Part shown: in pieces, positions 20,685 to 31,047 of the stretch
How positions within the stretch are numbered: position 1 is the stretch's first letter
How the letters are laid out: the number at the start of each line of letters is the position of its first letter
Assembly: GCA_963826785.1 (NCBI GenBank)
Contig: CAWGYD010000006.1
Coordinates: 864,001-928,000, forward strand
Reading direction: 5' to 3'
Source of the DNA: an uncultured delta proteobacterium
GTDB lineage: Bacteria > Desulfobacterota > Desulfobacteria > Desulfobacterales > Desulfosalsimonadaceae
Length of the DNA: 64,000 bases
The notes under the pieces: generated by a model
Seen by the model: only the letters and a program-made list of their open reading frames with translations
What the model was told of the DNA's origin: nothing
Database searches by the model: none
Program-made: the position numbers and the translations under genes

Positions 20685-21365
20685 TCAGGGCTTTACGGCG
20701 GACCCTTCGATCACCGAATCGGTAATCGAAGGGCCCATCTTTGAGGACCGGTAGCGCTCCAGCCGGTCAAACTCGAAACCCGCCGCCATGATGCCCGAAG
20801 CGGTATCCCGGGTCAGGTGGCATCCGCAGCCGACTCTCTTCCAGAGCGGGTTGATGGTCTTTTGCACCCATTTGACTCTGGGGTCGCTGGAAAGGACGTG
20901 CTCAAAAAAGAGAAGTCTCCCGCCGGGCTTGAGAACCCGGTAAATTTCGGACATCGCCATAGACGGGTCGCTTACGGAGCAGAGCACCAGGAAGCTGATG
21001 GCCGTGTCCATGCTTTCATCGGCGCAGGGCAGTCTTTCGGCCATGCCCTCGATGATCCGGAGCGGCCTTTCGCCCAAACCGTTTTTCGCGGCCCTTCTGC
21101 CGGCCTTCCGGATCATGACGGGAGAGGGTTCCACTGCAAGATATGAATCGATGGCATCCGGCAGAAAGGGTATGTTCTGTCCCGCCCCGGCCCCGATTTC
21201 AATGACATTTCCGGTGGCATTCGAGATCAGCCGCCGCCGGATGGCTTTGAGCCGGCTGGTGGCCAGAATCTCCAGATACGGAAACAGATAGCGGCCGTAA
21301 ATCCCATGCCCCGGCCGTTTCCGATGTTCCATGCCCGCGGGGTCCGATTCGTTGCTTCCGTTCAT
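20685..21365 (-). CDS. Class I SAM-dependent methyltransferase
   Basis: EIGAGAG, VLCSV, RVLKPGG, FEHV, GCHLTRD; start codon uncertain. Confidence 0.85.
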   Translation of the reverse strand: MNGSNESDPAGMEHRKRPGHGIYGRYLFPYLEILATSRLKAIRRRLISNATGNVIEIGAGAGQNIPFLPDAIDSYLAVEPSPVMIRKAGRRAAKNGLGERPLRIIEGMAERLPCADESMDTAISFLVLCSVSDPSMAMSEIYRVLKPGGRLLFFEHVLSSDPRVKWVQKTINPLWKRVGCGCHLTRDTASGIMAAGFEFDRLERYRSSKMGPSITDSVIEGSAVKP

Positions 21366-21694
21366 ACGCCCACCTGTTGTCAGAAGTCTGGTTCCCGAAT
21401 GAATATTCATCAATATAATTCCTTTTCCCCATTGATTCATCCGCCTGCAGACGATGATCCCTGAAGGCGCCGTTGATGTCCATGAAGTGCATATTGCATA
21501 CCATCACCTCATTTCAGGTTTCAAGGGCTTGAGATCGATGGGAATATAACCGGGTTTGACGTTTCATCGCCCCGGCAGGGGTGTGAACGGTGTGTCCGGC
21601 GATGAGATGTATTGTTCAGGAAATGTGAAAAAAATGCGCAGCCGTACAGGCCGGAAGAGGTGGCAGGAGATCCGCGTTTAAGGAAAAAACCGTC

Positions 21695-21729
21695 AAAAAA
21701 AAGGACGCTCCCACAGGAGCGTCCTTTTT
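21695..21729 (-). terminator. Rho-independent terminator after the lipase gene (bidirectional)
   Basis: aaaaaaaaggacgctcc-caca-ggagcgtccttttt. Confidence 0.85.
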
Positions 21730-21759
21730 ACAGATGTTAGCGGATGGGTCTTGTGTCGA

Positions 21760-22659
21760 TCAATACCCTCTGCTTTTCAGGTCGCTTGCGATGTCGACAT
21801 AGAATTCGGGTGCATCGAATCCCGGGGTGATCCCGAAGACCTGATCGACGATGTTGAAATGATCGCATCCCACGCTGTACCATGCCGCATCTTCAATTCC
21901 CCGGAAGTTTCCCCATTTGGCGCTGTTGACGCTGACCAGGCCGTCGTTTGCGCCTTCATAGGCCAGCAGCAGCAGCCAGGTGGGTTCCAGAAACAGGTTG
22001 GGGCAGGAGGTTTTCGCCTTGGCGGCCCAGCTCTGGTAATATACGCAGGATTTATCGGGGGTATTGGGATTGAAGGTATTCTGCATGTAGGACCGGGTCA
22101 TGTTGTAGCCGTTTTCCAGGCTGTTGGGGCTGGTGTCCCCGAAAATGAAGGCATATACGAAATCCAGCGTGCCGCCCACCAGCCATTCCATGGAATCCGG
22201 AATCACCCCGACTACCACGTCGGCTACGGCGCTTCCCCGGTGAGGGCCGGCGATGCTGGTATAGCTTGCCACATATGCGGAAATCCCCAGGTTGGAGATG
22301 GCGTCCCGGGTGTAGACGGTGCCGTGGGAGTGGGCGATGATGTTGAGCTTCTCCGTTTTGGTGATGGCCTTGATGTACATGAACTGGTTCTTGAAATCGA
22401 CGGCCTTGTTCCGGGTGCTGTCCATGCCGTTGACCGAGGTGATGTAGACTTTTGCGCCCTCGTCCTCCAGTGCCCCCGGAATTCCCCACCAGTAGTCCAC
22501 AATGCCTAAAATCTCTGCGGACGCGCCCATGCCGTGGGCCAGCACGATGGGGTATTTGGTGGCGGCGGCAGTGGAACTTCCGCCGGCCAGTGCGCTGCCG
22601 GAAACCATCATCATCGAAGCCAGAACGACCAGTAGAATCGCCAGTAACCCTTTTTTCAT
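21760..22659 (-). CDS. Secreted lipase/esterase (family I-like alpha/beta hydrolase)
   Basis: Signal peptide; TKYPIVLAHG, AHSHG nucleophile elbow, PHRGS, NDGLV, DHF. Confidence 0.9.
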   Translation of the reverse strand: MKKGLLAILLVVLASMMMVSGSALAGGSSTAAATKYPIVLAHGMGASAEILGIVDYWWGIPGALEDEGAKVYITSVNGMDSTRNKAVDFKNQFMYIKAITKTEKLNIIAHSHGTVYTRDAISNLGISAYVASYTSIAGPHRGSAVADVVVGVIPDSMEWLVGGTLDFVYAFIFGDTSPNSLENGYNMTRSYMQNTFNPNTPDKSCVYYQSWAAKAKTSCPNLFLEPTWLLLLAYEGANDGLVSVNSAKWGNFRGIEDAAWYSVGCDHFNIVDQVFGITPGFDAPEFYVDIASDLKSRGY

Positions 22660-22886
22660 CTTTTCCCCCTGAATTCCCTTTGTATTTCGAATCATTGCTT
22701 GTGTTCCCAAGTTATGCTCATCAATGTGATCACTGTTTACACATCAATATGAGGCAATGATAAACTTAAAACAATCGGGGGAAACCTGAAATCAGGGTTC
22801 GATTTCCCTGATTTGGAAGGAAAGGCTTAAAAGTGGCCGAATGAAAGACGGGATATCGGCCAAATGGACGGTTATCGTTCAGGCGT

Positions 22887-23540
22887 TTAAGTATCCAGAG
22901 ACGTGATTCCTTCCCGCAGGGCGATCTTGGTCAACTCGGCCACGCTCTTGGCATTGAGTTTGCGCATGATCTGCTGGCGGTGGGTTTCAACGGTTTTGAT
23001 GCTGACGTGGATGCGGGCCGCGATTTCTTTGGTGCTCAACCCTTCGGCGATGAGCTGGAGCACTTCGCGCTCCCGGGCAGTGAGCTGCGAAGCCAGGGAA
23101 TCTTCGTTGGATTCGAGAATACTGGCGTAATCCTTCATTACCGTGCTGGCCACGGCCGGGCTCATGTAGTTCTGCCCTTTCATCACCGCGGAAATGGCGG
23201 CCACCAGTTCGTCGAAGGCACAGTTTTTCAACAGGTATCCGGAGACGCCGGCTTTGAGCATGCCGGCCACATAGCGCTTGTCGGAATACATGGAAAGCGC
23301 GATAACCCGGGTTTTGGGCAGTTCGGTGCGGATCTGGCGAGTGGCTTCGATACCGTTTAACTCCGGCATGTTGATATCCATGACGATCACGTCCGGCCCC
23401 CGTTCCATGGCCATCCGGACCGCTTCCCGTCCATTTTCCGCTTCTCCCACCACCTCCATGTGGTCCTGCTGTTCCAGCAGGGCTTTCAACCCGGTGCGGG
23501 TAATCTTGTGATCATCGGCCAGTATGATGCGAACCGTCAT
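22887..23540 (-). CDS. NarL/FixJ-family response regulator
   Basis: LADDH, VMDINMP, GYLLK; LuxR HTH LTAREREVL...KTVETHR. Confidence 0.95.
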   Translation of the reverse strand: MTVRIILADDHKITRTGLKALLEQQDHMEVVGEAENGREAVRMAMERGPDVIVMDINMPELNGIEATRQIRTELPKTRVIALSMYSDKRYVAGMLKAGVSGYLLKNCAFDELVAAISAVMKGQNYMSPAVASTVMKDYASILESNEDSLASQLTAREREVLQLIAEGLSTKEIAARIHVSIKTVETHRQQIMRKLNAKSVAELTKIALREGITSLDT

Positions 23541-26500
23541 ATCTCCCCCTCAGGCCGGCTGGATATGGGCGCGATAATGGTGACCCGCGACCCCATGTCC
23601 GGAGTTGACTTGATTTCCAGGCGGCCGCCCAGGTTTTTCAACCGCTCCCGGATGGAAAACAGGCCGAAACCGCCTTTCCGGATCTCTTTCTTGTTTGCCG
23701 AAGCGTCAAACCCGATGCCGTTGTCGGCGATGACAATCCGGATATGGTTTTCCTCGTTTGATATGGATACGCTCGCGGCCGTGGACCGGGCGTGTTTGAC
23801 CATGTTGAACAGCAGTTCCCGTGTGGCTTGGAACAGGAGCACCCTCAGACTTTCCTCGATGGACCTGGGGGTGTCGTCATCGAAAAAGTCGATTCTGATG
23901 CCGTGCTGCTTCTGTGTCTGTTCGATCAGCCAGTCGATGGCGGCTTCAAGACCCAGATCATACAATATTGGCGGACTCAGCTCAAAAGTCAAGGACTGAG
24001 TATCGGTGATGGTCTGGTCGATGATGACGCTGATGTCATCGGCATTTTCTGCCAGCTTCGGGGAGGGCGCCTCTGCTTTGAGCTGCCGCAGTTTCATGGC
24101 GGCGTGGGCCAGGGCATGGCCGATCCGGTCATGCAGTTCGGTGGCGATTCGCCGGCGTTCCCGTTCTTCGGTCAGCGACAGTTCGGAAGACAAGGCGCGG
24201 AGCCTGGCCTGGTAGCGCATGGCTGCTTCCTCGCTCCTGGCGGAAATTTCCCGCAGTTCCTGTTCGTTTTGGATCACGTTTTCATAAAGCCGGGCGTTTT
24301 CCATGGAAATGGCGGCCTGGGAAGCCAGCAGCCGGAGCACCTCGATCCGGTCGGATGTGAACACCGAAGGGGTCAGGTCATTTTCAAGGTACAAAATGGC
24401 GATCTGCCGGCCATGGCCGACCACCGGCAGGCACAGAACGGATCGGGGGCTGTATTTGCGCACATATTCATGGGCGCCGTATTCAGGGGAATGGAGCGCA
24501 TCCTCGAGCACCAGGTAATTGCCGGACCGCCGGACAAAATTGATCACGGGCGTGAACAGCGCAAATCGGCTGTCCGCGGGTGCTGCCGAGTAGATCCGGA
24601 CATGGTCATCCGGAAGGGCGTATTGGGCATCAACGTACATCCGCTCCGATTTTACGGACAGGAAAATGGCCTTGCGGGCGCCGGCGTTTTCGGTCACGAT
24701 CTTCATCAACCGCTCAATCAGATCGGTCCGGACGATCTCAGTGGAGATCATCTGAAGGCTGTTGACAATCGTCTCGAAATCGAGATTCGGCATGCCCGCC
24801 GGCCCGGAAATCCCCTGCTGCCGGGGAAGGATGCCGGAAAAAGCGGCCTCGACCTGCTCGACCTTGGCCGATGCCCCCCATGCCCGGTATTCGCGGCGGG
24901 CGGTGTCGGCAAGGGGAGCGGCCATCTTATCCAATCCCATTTTCAAGAAAAACATGGCCGCCCGCTCGCAGGCAAGGGCGTGGCAGTGGGTGAACCCGTT
25001 TGAATGCGCGGATGTGACGGCCTGCTGGTAAATATCGATGGCGTGGAGGGGACTGCCGGACAGACGGGCAATCTCCGCCCGGATGAGCAGGTGCTTGTGT
25101 TCAAAATTCTCCGGGCAGGATACGGACAGGGGGGCAAGTTTTGCCGCCAGCCGTTTAATCTTATGGACGTACCCGATCTTTGCGGCCGATGAAGCCAAAT
25201 CCGCCGCATCGGCCAGGGCTATCGCGCAATAGAAGTAATATTCCGGCACCACGATGGTCCCCATGTGATAATGCAAATAGCGCCGGCATCTGCGGGCGGT
25301 GCGCAATGCTTCCGCGGGGCGTCCCATGATCACCTGGAGCCGGAGCTTCATCAGGTAATGCCGATACAGGATGGCCCGGATGTCGTCGTGTTCCATTTTT
25401 TTGATGTGATCGGCTTCACTGAATGCGCTGTCATTAAATAGCGCCGGCTGCTCCGTTTTTCCCGTCAGCGCCCGGATGAACTGCCGGGTGGTGATCAGGT
25501 AGTTGAGCGCTCCGGAATCCTTGGCCTGCTCGACAAATTCAAAATACCGGGTGCATTCCCGCTCAATTTCGGTCAGCCCCGTCCCGCTGACCATCAGATT
25601 GATCACCAGCGACTGGATGTGGTAGATGGCGTAATTGATGTCCCCGGTGTCCAGCGCACTCCGGATCCCCTGCCGGTTGTAACTGACCGCCTGGCAAACG
25701 GGGCTGACCCACACACTGATCCCGGCGCCGAAATAGAGATAGAGCTTGGCCGTCATTTCCGGGGTGCCGTAGCGTTCATTGGCGCTCAAGGCCAGTTTCC
25801 CGAATCGCATTCCGGCCGGGTAGTCCTTGAAAATGGCGCAGAGGGAGACGCCGTAGGTCAGGTAGCCGAAGGGGGATAAAGCGGAATTGCCGTGTTTTAA
25901 TGTCAACTCGAAAATCTTTAAGGTCAGGACAAATGCCAGGTAGGGCTTGCACAGAAATGCCGAAAAACTGAGGTTGGACAGCATTTTGAGAATCATCAGG
26001 AGGCGGCCGTCCGTGATGGGCGGCATCCCCATGAGGTCTTCGGCATTTTTGCCCCGCATCTTCAGTTTCAGCATCAGCATGCATTTGAGAACATCCGCTC
26101 CACCGGCCCGCCCCGGCAGGCGGATACCCAGGCGCTTGAGCCCGGCCAGCCCAATGCTCAGCGCTTCATCATGCCGGGCCAGGCTGGCCAGCATGATCAT
26201 TTTCTGATTAAAGGCCCCGGCAAGGTCTTCATCCGTTGCGGCCCGCTTCTGCAGCACATCAAAGATTTCTTCTGCAGCTGAAAAATTCAGCCGGAGATAT
26301 TCGCACTCCATCCGGCGCTGTTTAAGGGCGAAAAGCACATCGTAATTTTCATCCCACGATGCATCGGGCAGAAGCTGCTCGCCGATGATGAAATAATCCA
26401 GAGATTGGGCATATGCGGCCGAATCCCGCGCCTTTTTTCCGGCGGCAAGGTTGAGCTTCGCCAGCTGCAGACGCTGATCCGGGTCGGTGATGAGCCCCCG

Positions 26501-28765
26501 TCCCTGGTTGAGGTGGGACACGATGGTAAAAATCCGGTTCTGGACCGCATCGGGGTCCGTGCCCGTCAACAGGAGGTACCCGATTTTGAGATGCAGGGCA
26601 TTTTTATGGTCTTCCGGAATCAGGGAGTAGACGGCCTGGCGGATCTTGTCATGCAGAAACTCCAGGACAAAATCGCCTGCCTCCTCGTTATCATCGCCTT
26701 GCCCTTCCCCGGCCGGATGATGAATCGAAAATCGGGTATACAGGCGATGAATATCCTCCCTGGAGACGATAAATCCCATTTCAACGGGTTCGTGAAGATC
26801 CGCGGCGATTTGCGCAAAAGGTTTTTCCGCAAGGGACGAAAGCAGCGCCATGTCAAATCGGTTGCCGATGCAGGCGGCCAGTTGAAGGATATGGCGGGCC
26901 GCGTCTGTGAGCTGCAGGACCTTTTCGGCCATGAAGTCCACCACGTTGTCCGTGATCCGCGCCCCGGCAATCCGTTCGATATGCCAGCGCCAGCGTCCGG
27001 TTTCATAATCATAGTACAGCAGGCCTTCGCGATACAGCGACTGGAGAAACTGCCGGACGAAGAAAGGGTTGCCCCGGGTCTTCTCGTGGACGATCCGCCC
27101 CAGCATCTTCACCCTGGGCAGATTTTCATGGACGGCGTCCCCGATGAGCTTATTCACATCATTTTCGCTGATGGGCTTCAAGGTGATGGTTTTGAGCGGA
27201 ATTTTTCTGTCCCGGATCGTCTTTAAGGAAGCGAACAGCGGGTGGGAATCGGTGATTTCATTGTTGCGGTACGCCCCGATAAAATTGAAATACCGGGTCC
27301 GGGTGCCGGCAAAAAAGGCTTCCATCAGCTTGAGCCCGGCAGGGTCCGCCCACTGAAGGTCATCGATAAACAGGGTCAGGGGGTGCTCCGGTGCGGCAAA
27401 TACCTGGATGAATTTTTCAAATACCAGATTAAACCGGTGGTGGGCATCGGCGGGCGGCAGCTCGGAAACCGGCGGGCTTTTCCCGATAATGTTCTCGATT
27501 TCGGGAATGACATCGGCCATCACCTGCGCATTGGCGCCCAGGGCCGAGAGCAGTTTCTGTCTTAAAACCCCGATCCGGTCTGCAGGCGCTTTCATTACCT
27601 CATGGATCAGCGACTGGTAAGCGGCGATCACGGCGCTGTAGGGGATATCCTGCTGGAACTGATCATATTTTCCGGAGATGAAATATCCGCCCTGGGCCGT
27701 GACCTGCTTTTGGAATTCGCCAACCAGCGTGGATTTTCCGATGCCGGAATATCCTGCCAGCATAATGATGCCGATCCCGCCCTCTGTGATGCGGGCATAC
27801 GCATCGCAGAGCAGGTCCAGTTCGATTTCCCGGCCGTACATCCGGTCCGGCAACCGGAAATACTCGGGAATGTCCGATCCCCCGGGCCGGAACCCGGGGA
27901 TGGTGCCCCCTGGCCCCAGGCACTGAAGGCAATAATCCAGATCCCGTTTCAGGCCCTGGCTGCTCTGGTACCGGTCCTCCGGAGATTTGGCCAGCAGTTT
28001 CATCACGATCCCGGAGACGGATTCGTCGATGTCCGGGCGAATGGCGGACGGGGAAACAGGATGGCGGGCCATGTGCGCATGGATGATTTCCAGGGGTTCG
28101 CCGGCGGTAAACGGCGGGGCGCCGGTCAGGATTTCATAAAAGAGGGTGCCAAGGGCGTAAAAATCGGACCGGTAGTCCACGCCGCGGTTGATCCGGCCGG
28201 TCTGTTCCGGCGACATATAAGGCAGGTCGTCTAAAGAAAAGGCGGCCCCTGCCTTGCCGGACCCATTGTCCGGGGCCGCCGCGGCCGACCGGGACATGCC
28301 GGCGACCATGCCGGCAATCGTCACGAATCCCGATTCCGTATCGATCACCACCTTGCGGCTTGAAAGCGCCCCGTGAATCAATCCCGCCTGGTGCAGCGCG
28401 CCGAGACCGTCTGCCAGCTGCAGGGCCAGGTCCAGGAAATCTTTGACCGCAACCGGTCCGTTGGCCCGGCAATATTCTGCAATGGATATCCCCCCGGGTC
28501 TTTCCAAAATCAGCAGGATGCCGCTGCCATTTGCGCCTGCCTGTTTTTCAACGGCATATATGCGGGGGAGGTGGGCCGGCCGCAGCCGGTTCAAGTGAAG
28601 CAGCCGGGCATAGAGGCCGTCGGCATCGGGGGCGCCATGATTGAGGCCGGGTATAAAATGGATATCCACCGGGCACCCCGTTTTGACCTGCCGGCCGCGA
28701 TAGCATTTCAGGCCGGGACGAGACGGCATCTCCATCAGCTGATCGTAACCCGGCAGGTTCAGCAT
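23537..28765 (-). CDS. Kinase-like domain / AAA (STAND) ATPase / GAF / HisKA_3 histidine kinase fusion
   Basis: YMSPEQTGR, SDFYALG; Walker A GYSGIGKST, Walker B IDDLQWAD; ELHDRIGHAL, NMVKHA, DNGIGF. Confidence 0.92.
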   Translation of the reverse strand: MLNLPGYDQLMEMPSRPGLKCYRGRQVKTGCPVDIHFIPGLNHGAPDADGLYARLLHLNRLRPAHLPRIYAVEKQAGANGSGILLILERPGGISIAEYCRANGPVAVKDFLDLALQLADGLGALHQAGLIHGALSSRKVVIDTESGFVTIAGMVAGMSRSAAAAPDNGSGKAGAAFSLDDLPYMSPEQTGRINRGVDYRSDFYALGTLFYEILTGAPPFTAGEPLEIIHAHMARHPVSPSAIRPDIDESVSGIVMKLLAKSPEDRYQSSQGLKRDLDYCLQCLGPGGTIPGFRPGGSDIPEYFRLPDRMYGREIELDLLCDAYARITEGGIGIIMLAGYSGIGKSTLVGEFQKQVTAQGGYFISGKYDQFQQDIPYSAVIAAYQSLIHEVMKAPADRIGVLRQKLLSALGANAQVMADVIPEIENIIGKSPPVSELPPADAHHRFNLVFEKFIQVFAAPEHPLTLFIDDLQWADPAGLKLMEAFFAGTRTRYFNFIGAYRNNEITDSHPLFASLKTIRDRKIPLKTITLKPISENDVNKLIGDAVHENLPRVKMLGRIVHEKTRGNPFFVRQFLQSLYREGLLYYDYETGRWRWHIERIAGARITDNVVDFMAEKVLQLTDAARHILQLAACIGNRFDMALLSSLAEKPFAQIAADLHEPVEMGFIVSREDIHRLYTRFSIHHPAGEGQGDDNEEAGDFVLEFLHDKIRQAVYSLIPEDHKNALHLKIGYLLLTGTDPDAVQNRIFTIVSHLNQGRGLITDPDQRLQLAKLNLAAGKKARDSAAYAQSLDYFIIGEQLLPDASWDENYDVLFALKQRRMECEYLRLNFSAAEEIFDVLQKRAATDEDLAGAFNQKMIMLASLARHDEALSIGLAGLKRLGIRLPGRAGGADVLKCMLMLKLKMRGKNAEDLMGMPPITDGRLLMILKMLSNLSFSAFLCKPYLAFVLTLKIFELTLKHGNSALSPFGYLTYGVSLCAIFKDYPAGMRFGKLALSANERYGTPEMTAKLYLYFGAGISVWVSPVCQAVSYNRQGIRSALDTGDINYAIYHIQSLVINLMVSGTGLTEIERECTRYFEFVEQAKDSGALNYLITTRQFIRALTGKTEQPALFNDSAFSEADHIKKMEHDDIRAILYRHYLMKLRLQVIMGRPAEALRTARRCRRYLHYHMGTIVVPEYYFYCAIALADAADLASSAAKIGYVHKIKRLAAKLAPLSVSCPENFEHKHLLIRAEIARLSGSPLHAIDIYQQAVTSAHSNGFTHCHALACERAAMFFLKMGLDKMAAPLADTARREYRAWGASAKVEQVEAAFSGILPRQQGISGPAGMPNLDFETIVNSLQMISTEIVRTDLIERLMKIVTENAGARKAIFLSVKSERMYVDAQYALPDDHVRIYSAAPADSRFALFTPVINFVRRSGNYLVLEDALHSPEYGAHEYVRKYSPRSVLCLPVVGHGRQIAILYLENDLTPSVFTSDRIEVLRLLASQAAISMENARLYENVIQNEQELREISARSEEAAMRYQARLRALSSELSLTEERERRRIATELHDRIGHALAHAAMKLRQLKAEAPSPKLAENADDISVIIDQTITDTQSLTFELSPPILYDLGLEAAIDWLIEQTQKQHGIRIDFFDDDTPRSIEESLRVLLFQATRELLFNMVKHARSTAASVSISNEENHIRIVIADNGIGFDASANKKEIRKGGFGLFSIRERLKNLGGRLEIKSTPDMGSRVTIIAPISSRPEGEI

Positions 28766-28936
28766 TTCAGATTTTACACCTTTGGTGTGATGTTGTGTTG
28801 AAACGGATTCATTTATAGCCGATTTTACCCGACAAGGGCCTAATGTTATGTTGATGAAAATCTGCAGTCATGAACTTTAGCATAATCCCGGTCACCGGTC
28901 AGCCTCAAAGTGCAGAAGGGCACTGATCGCTGTTCG

Positions 28937-30265
28937 CTACTGCTGAATTGCGGTCAGGGCGGGGCTGAAGGTCACCCGGTACTCGTGTTCGGGGTACAGG
29001 CGTTTGAATTTCGGATCCAGCCGCGCCAGCTGGTCTTTGCAGCGGGCGCGGATGTCATCCAGGGAGGGCGGGGGGGCGGTGATGCGGCCGTTTTGCATGA
29101 CGGTGGACAGGAGGGGGGTTGCGCCCCCGATCTTTTCATCCGGGGTGCCGATGACATCCTGGCAAAAGAAGCCGGTGTGCGGATCTGTTTTTCTGAACAC
29201 CTGCTTTTCGCCGGCCAGGTTGATCTTTCCGGGGCTGAGCTTGCGCACGTTTTTATCGCTGTAGCGCACCATTTTATAGGCGATGTTCAGGTAGGGGGCA
29301 TCGGCGGAGACGCCCATATGGGTCCCCACCCCGAAGGCATCGATTACCGCCCCTTTTTCCGTCAGCGCGGCGATTTTATACTCGTCGATGCTGCTGCTGG
29401 CAAAGATCTGAACGTCGTCAAGCCCTGCTGCATCCAGTATCTGCCGGACCGCCTGGCTCAATTTAGCCATGTCCCCGCTGTCCAGCCGCACGCCGTGGAG
29501 ATTCCGGCCGGATTTTTTCATGTCCCGCCCCACTTTTGCGGCGATTTTTGCGCCTTCGATGGTGTCATAGGTGTCGATGAGAAAAACGGAGTCGTCCGGA
29601 TAGGTTTCGGCAAAGGCGGCAAAGGCCTCTTCTTCGCTGTCAAAGGCGGTGATAAAGGAGTGGGCCATGGTGCCGGAGACGGGGATATCGAGGATTTTTC
29701 CCGCAAGGACATTGCTGGTGGCAATAAAACCGGCGATATAGGCGCTTCGGGCCACCCTGACCGACGCATCCACTCCCTGGGTGCGCCGGGCGGAAAAATC
29801 GACCAGGCGCCTGCTGCCCGCCGCTTCCATGCAGCGGGCGGCCTTGGTGGCGATCAGGGTCTGAAACCCGATGGTATTGATCAGAAATGTTTCCAGCAGT
29901 TGGGCCTCGATGAGTGGAGCGGACACCTCCAGCACCGGTTCATCCCGGAAAAAAACGGTCCCCTCTGGCATGGCCCGGATGGTGCCGGAAAACTTGAAAT
30001 GCTTCAGGTGATTTAAAAACTGATCTGAAAATTTTCCGATCGATTTCAAATACGCGATATCCGAATCGGAAAAGGTAAACGACGCGATGGCCGACAAGGC
30101 GTCTTCCAGTCCGGCGGCAACGAAATAGCTGCGGTTTACCGGATATTTCCGGATAAACAGGGAAAAGGCGGCATCCGCGGTAACCTTCTGGTCGAAATAG
30201 GTTTGCGCCATGGTCAACTCGTAAAGATCCGTAAATAGAGGTCCGGGAGCGGTGATTTCGGTCAT
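28937..30265 (-). CDS. pncB: Nicotinate phosphoribosyltransferase
   Basis: LFTDLYELTM, GTMAHS, LIDTYD, GVRLDSGD. Confidence 0.95.
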   Translation of the reverse strand: MTEITAPGPLFTDLYELTMAQTYFDQKVTADAAFSLFIRKYPVNRSYFVAAGLEDALSAIASFTFSDSDIAYLKSIGKFSDQFLNHLKHFKFSGTIRAMPEGTVFFRDEPVLEVSAPLIEAQLLETFLINTIGFQTLIATKAARCMEAAGSRRLVDFSARRTQGVDASVRVARSAYIAGFIATSNVLAGKILDIPVSGTMAHSFITAFDSEEEAFAAFAETYPDDSVFLIDTYDTIEGAKIAAKVGRDMKKSGRNLHGVRLDSGDMAKLSQAVRQILDAAGLDDVQIFASSSIDEYKIAALTEKGAVIDAFGVGTHMGVSADAPYLNIAYKMVRYSDKNVRKLSPGKINLAGEKQVFRKTDPHTGFFCQDVIGTPDEKIGGATPLLSTVMQNGRITAPPPSLDDIRARCKDQLARLDPKFKRLYPEHEYRVTFSPALTAIQQ

Positions 30266-30451
30266 ACGCCTGCCTTCTTGTTTTCAGATGAGACCATGGG
30301 GGTTTTCGGGCCGTGTTGGAAAAAACGGTACGTCCTATGATGTTGTCATTTGTAAAATGTTAAATATATACATATTATGACGATTATGCAATAAGTGGGA
30401 ATCGCATTTAAGCCGGTGGTGAGATCGGGTGGACATCGGGCTTTCAAAAAG

Positions 30452-30480
30452 TTGACACGGCAGGGTTTTTCACATACATG
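30452..30480 (+). promoter_or_regulatory. Putative sigma-70 promoter for queF
   Basis: TTGACA-17-TACATG; the -10 element is imperfect. Confidence 0.45.
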
Positions 30481-30625
30481 GAAGCTGTTTCAAAACCCTG
30501 TTTGCGGCATGCAGGCGGCGTTTACCTCTTCTTCTGCGGTTTTTCCGCCACCTGATCCAACGGTTTAAAACCGCTTTTTGTCGTCTACCCTACAACCAGA
30601 CTGTGCAATTGGAGAATACATCAAG

Positions 30626-31018
30626 ATGAACATGACGGAAAGCGGAATTCTGCCGCTGGACACCATACGGCCGGATGTCCTGGAGGCCATCGATTATGCC
30701 TACCAGGGGAAACGCGACATCGACATCGTGATCGAGCAGCCGGAATATTCGTCGGTCTGCCCCAAGACCGGGCTGCCCGATACCGGAAACATCATTATCC
30801 GCTACGTGCCGGATAAACTGATCGTGGAGCTCAAATCCCTCAAGTACTACCTTTTGCAGTACCGGTGCGTGGGAATTTTTTACGAGCACATCGTCAACCG
30901 GATCATGGACGACCTGGTGGCGGTGCTCGCCCCGAAGAAGATGACGGTGACCGGCGATTTCACTCCCCGGGGCGGCATTTCCACCCGGGTGACGGCGGCT
31001 TATGAGAAACTGGGGTGA
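30626..31018 (+). CDS. queF: NADPH-dependent 7-cyano-7-deazaguanine reductase (unimodular QueF)
   Basis: CPKTGLPD, ELKSLKYY, PRGGI. Confidence 0.92.
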   Translation: MNMTESGILPLDTIRPDVLEAIDYAYQGKRDIDIVIEQPEYSSVCPKTGLPDTGNIIIRYVPDKLIVELKSLKYYLLQYRCVGIFYEHIVNRIMDDLVAVLAPKKMTVTGDFTPRGGISTRVTAAYEKLG

Positions 31019-31047
31019 CGGAAAGATACCCGCAGCAAATAACGGCG

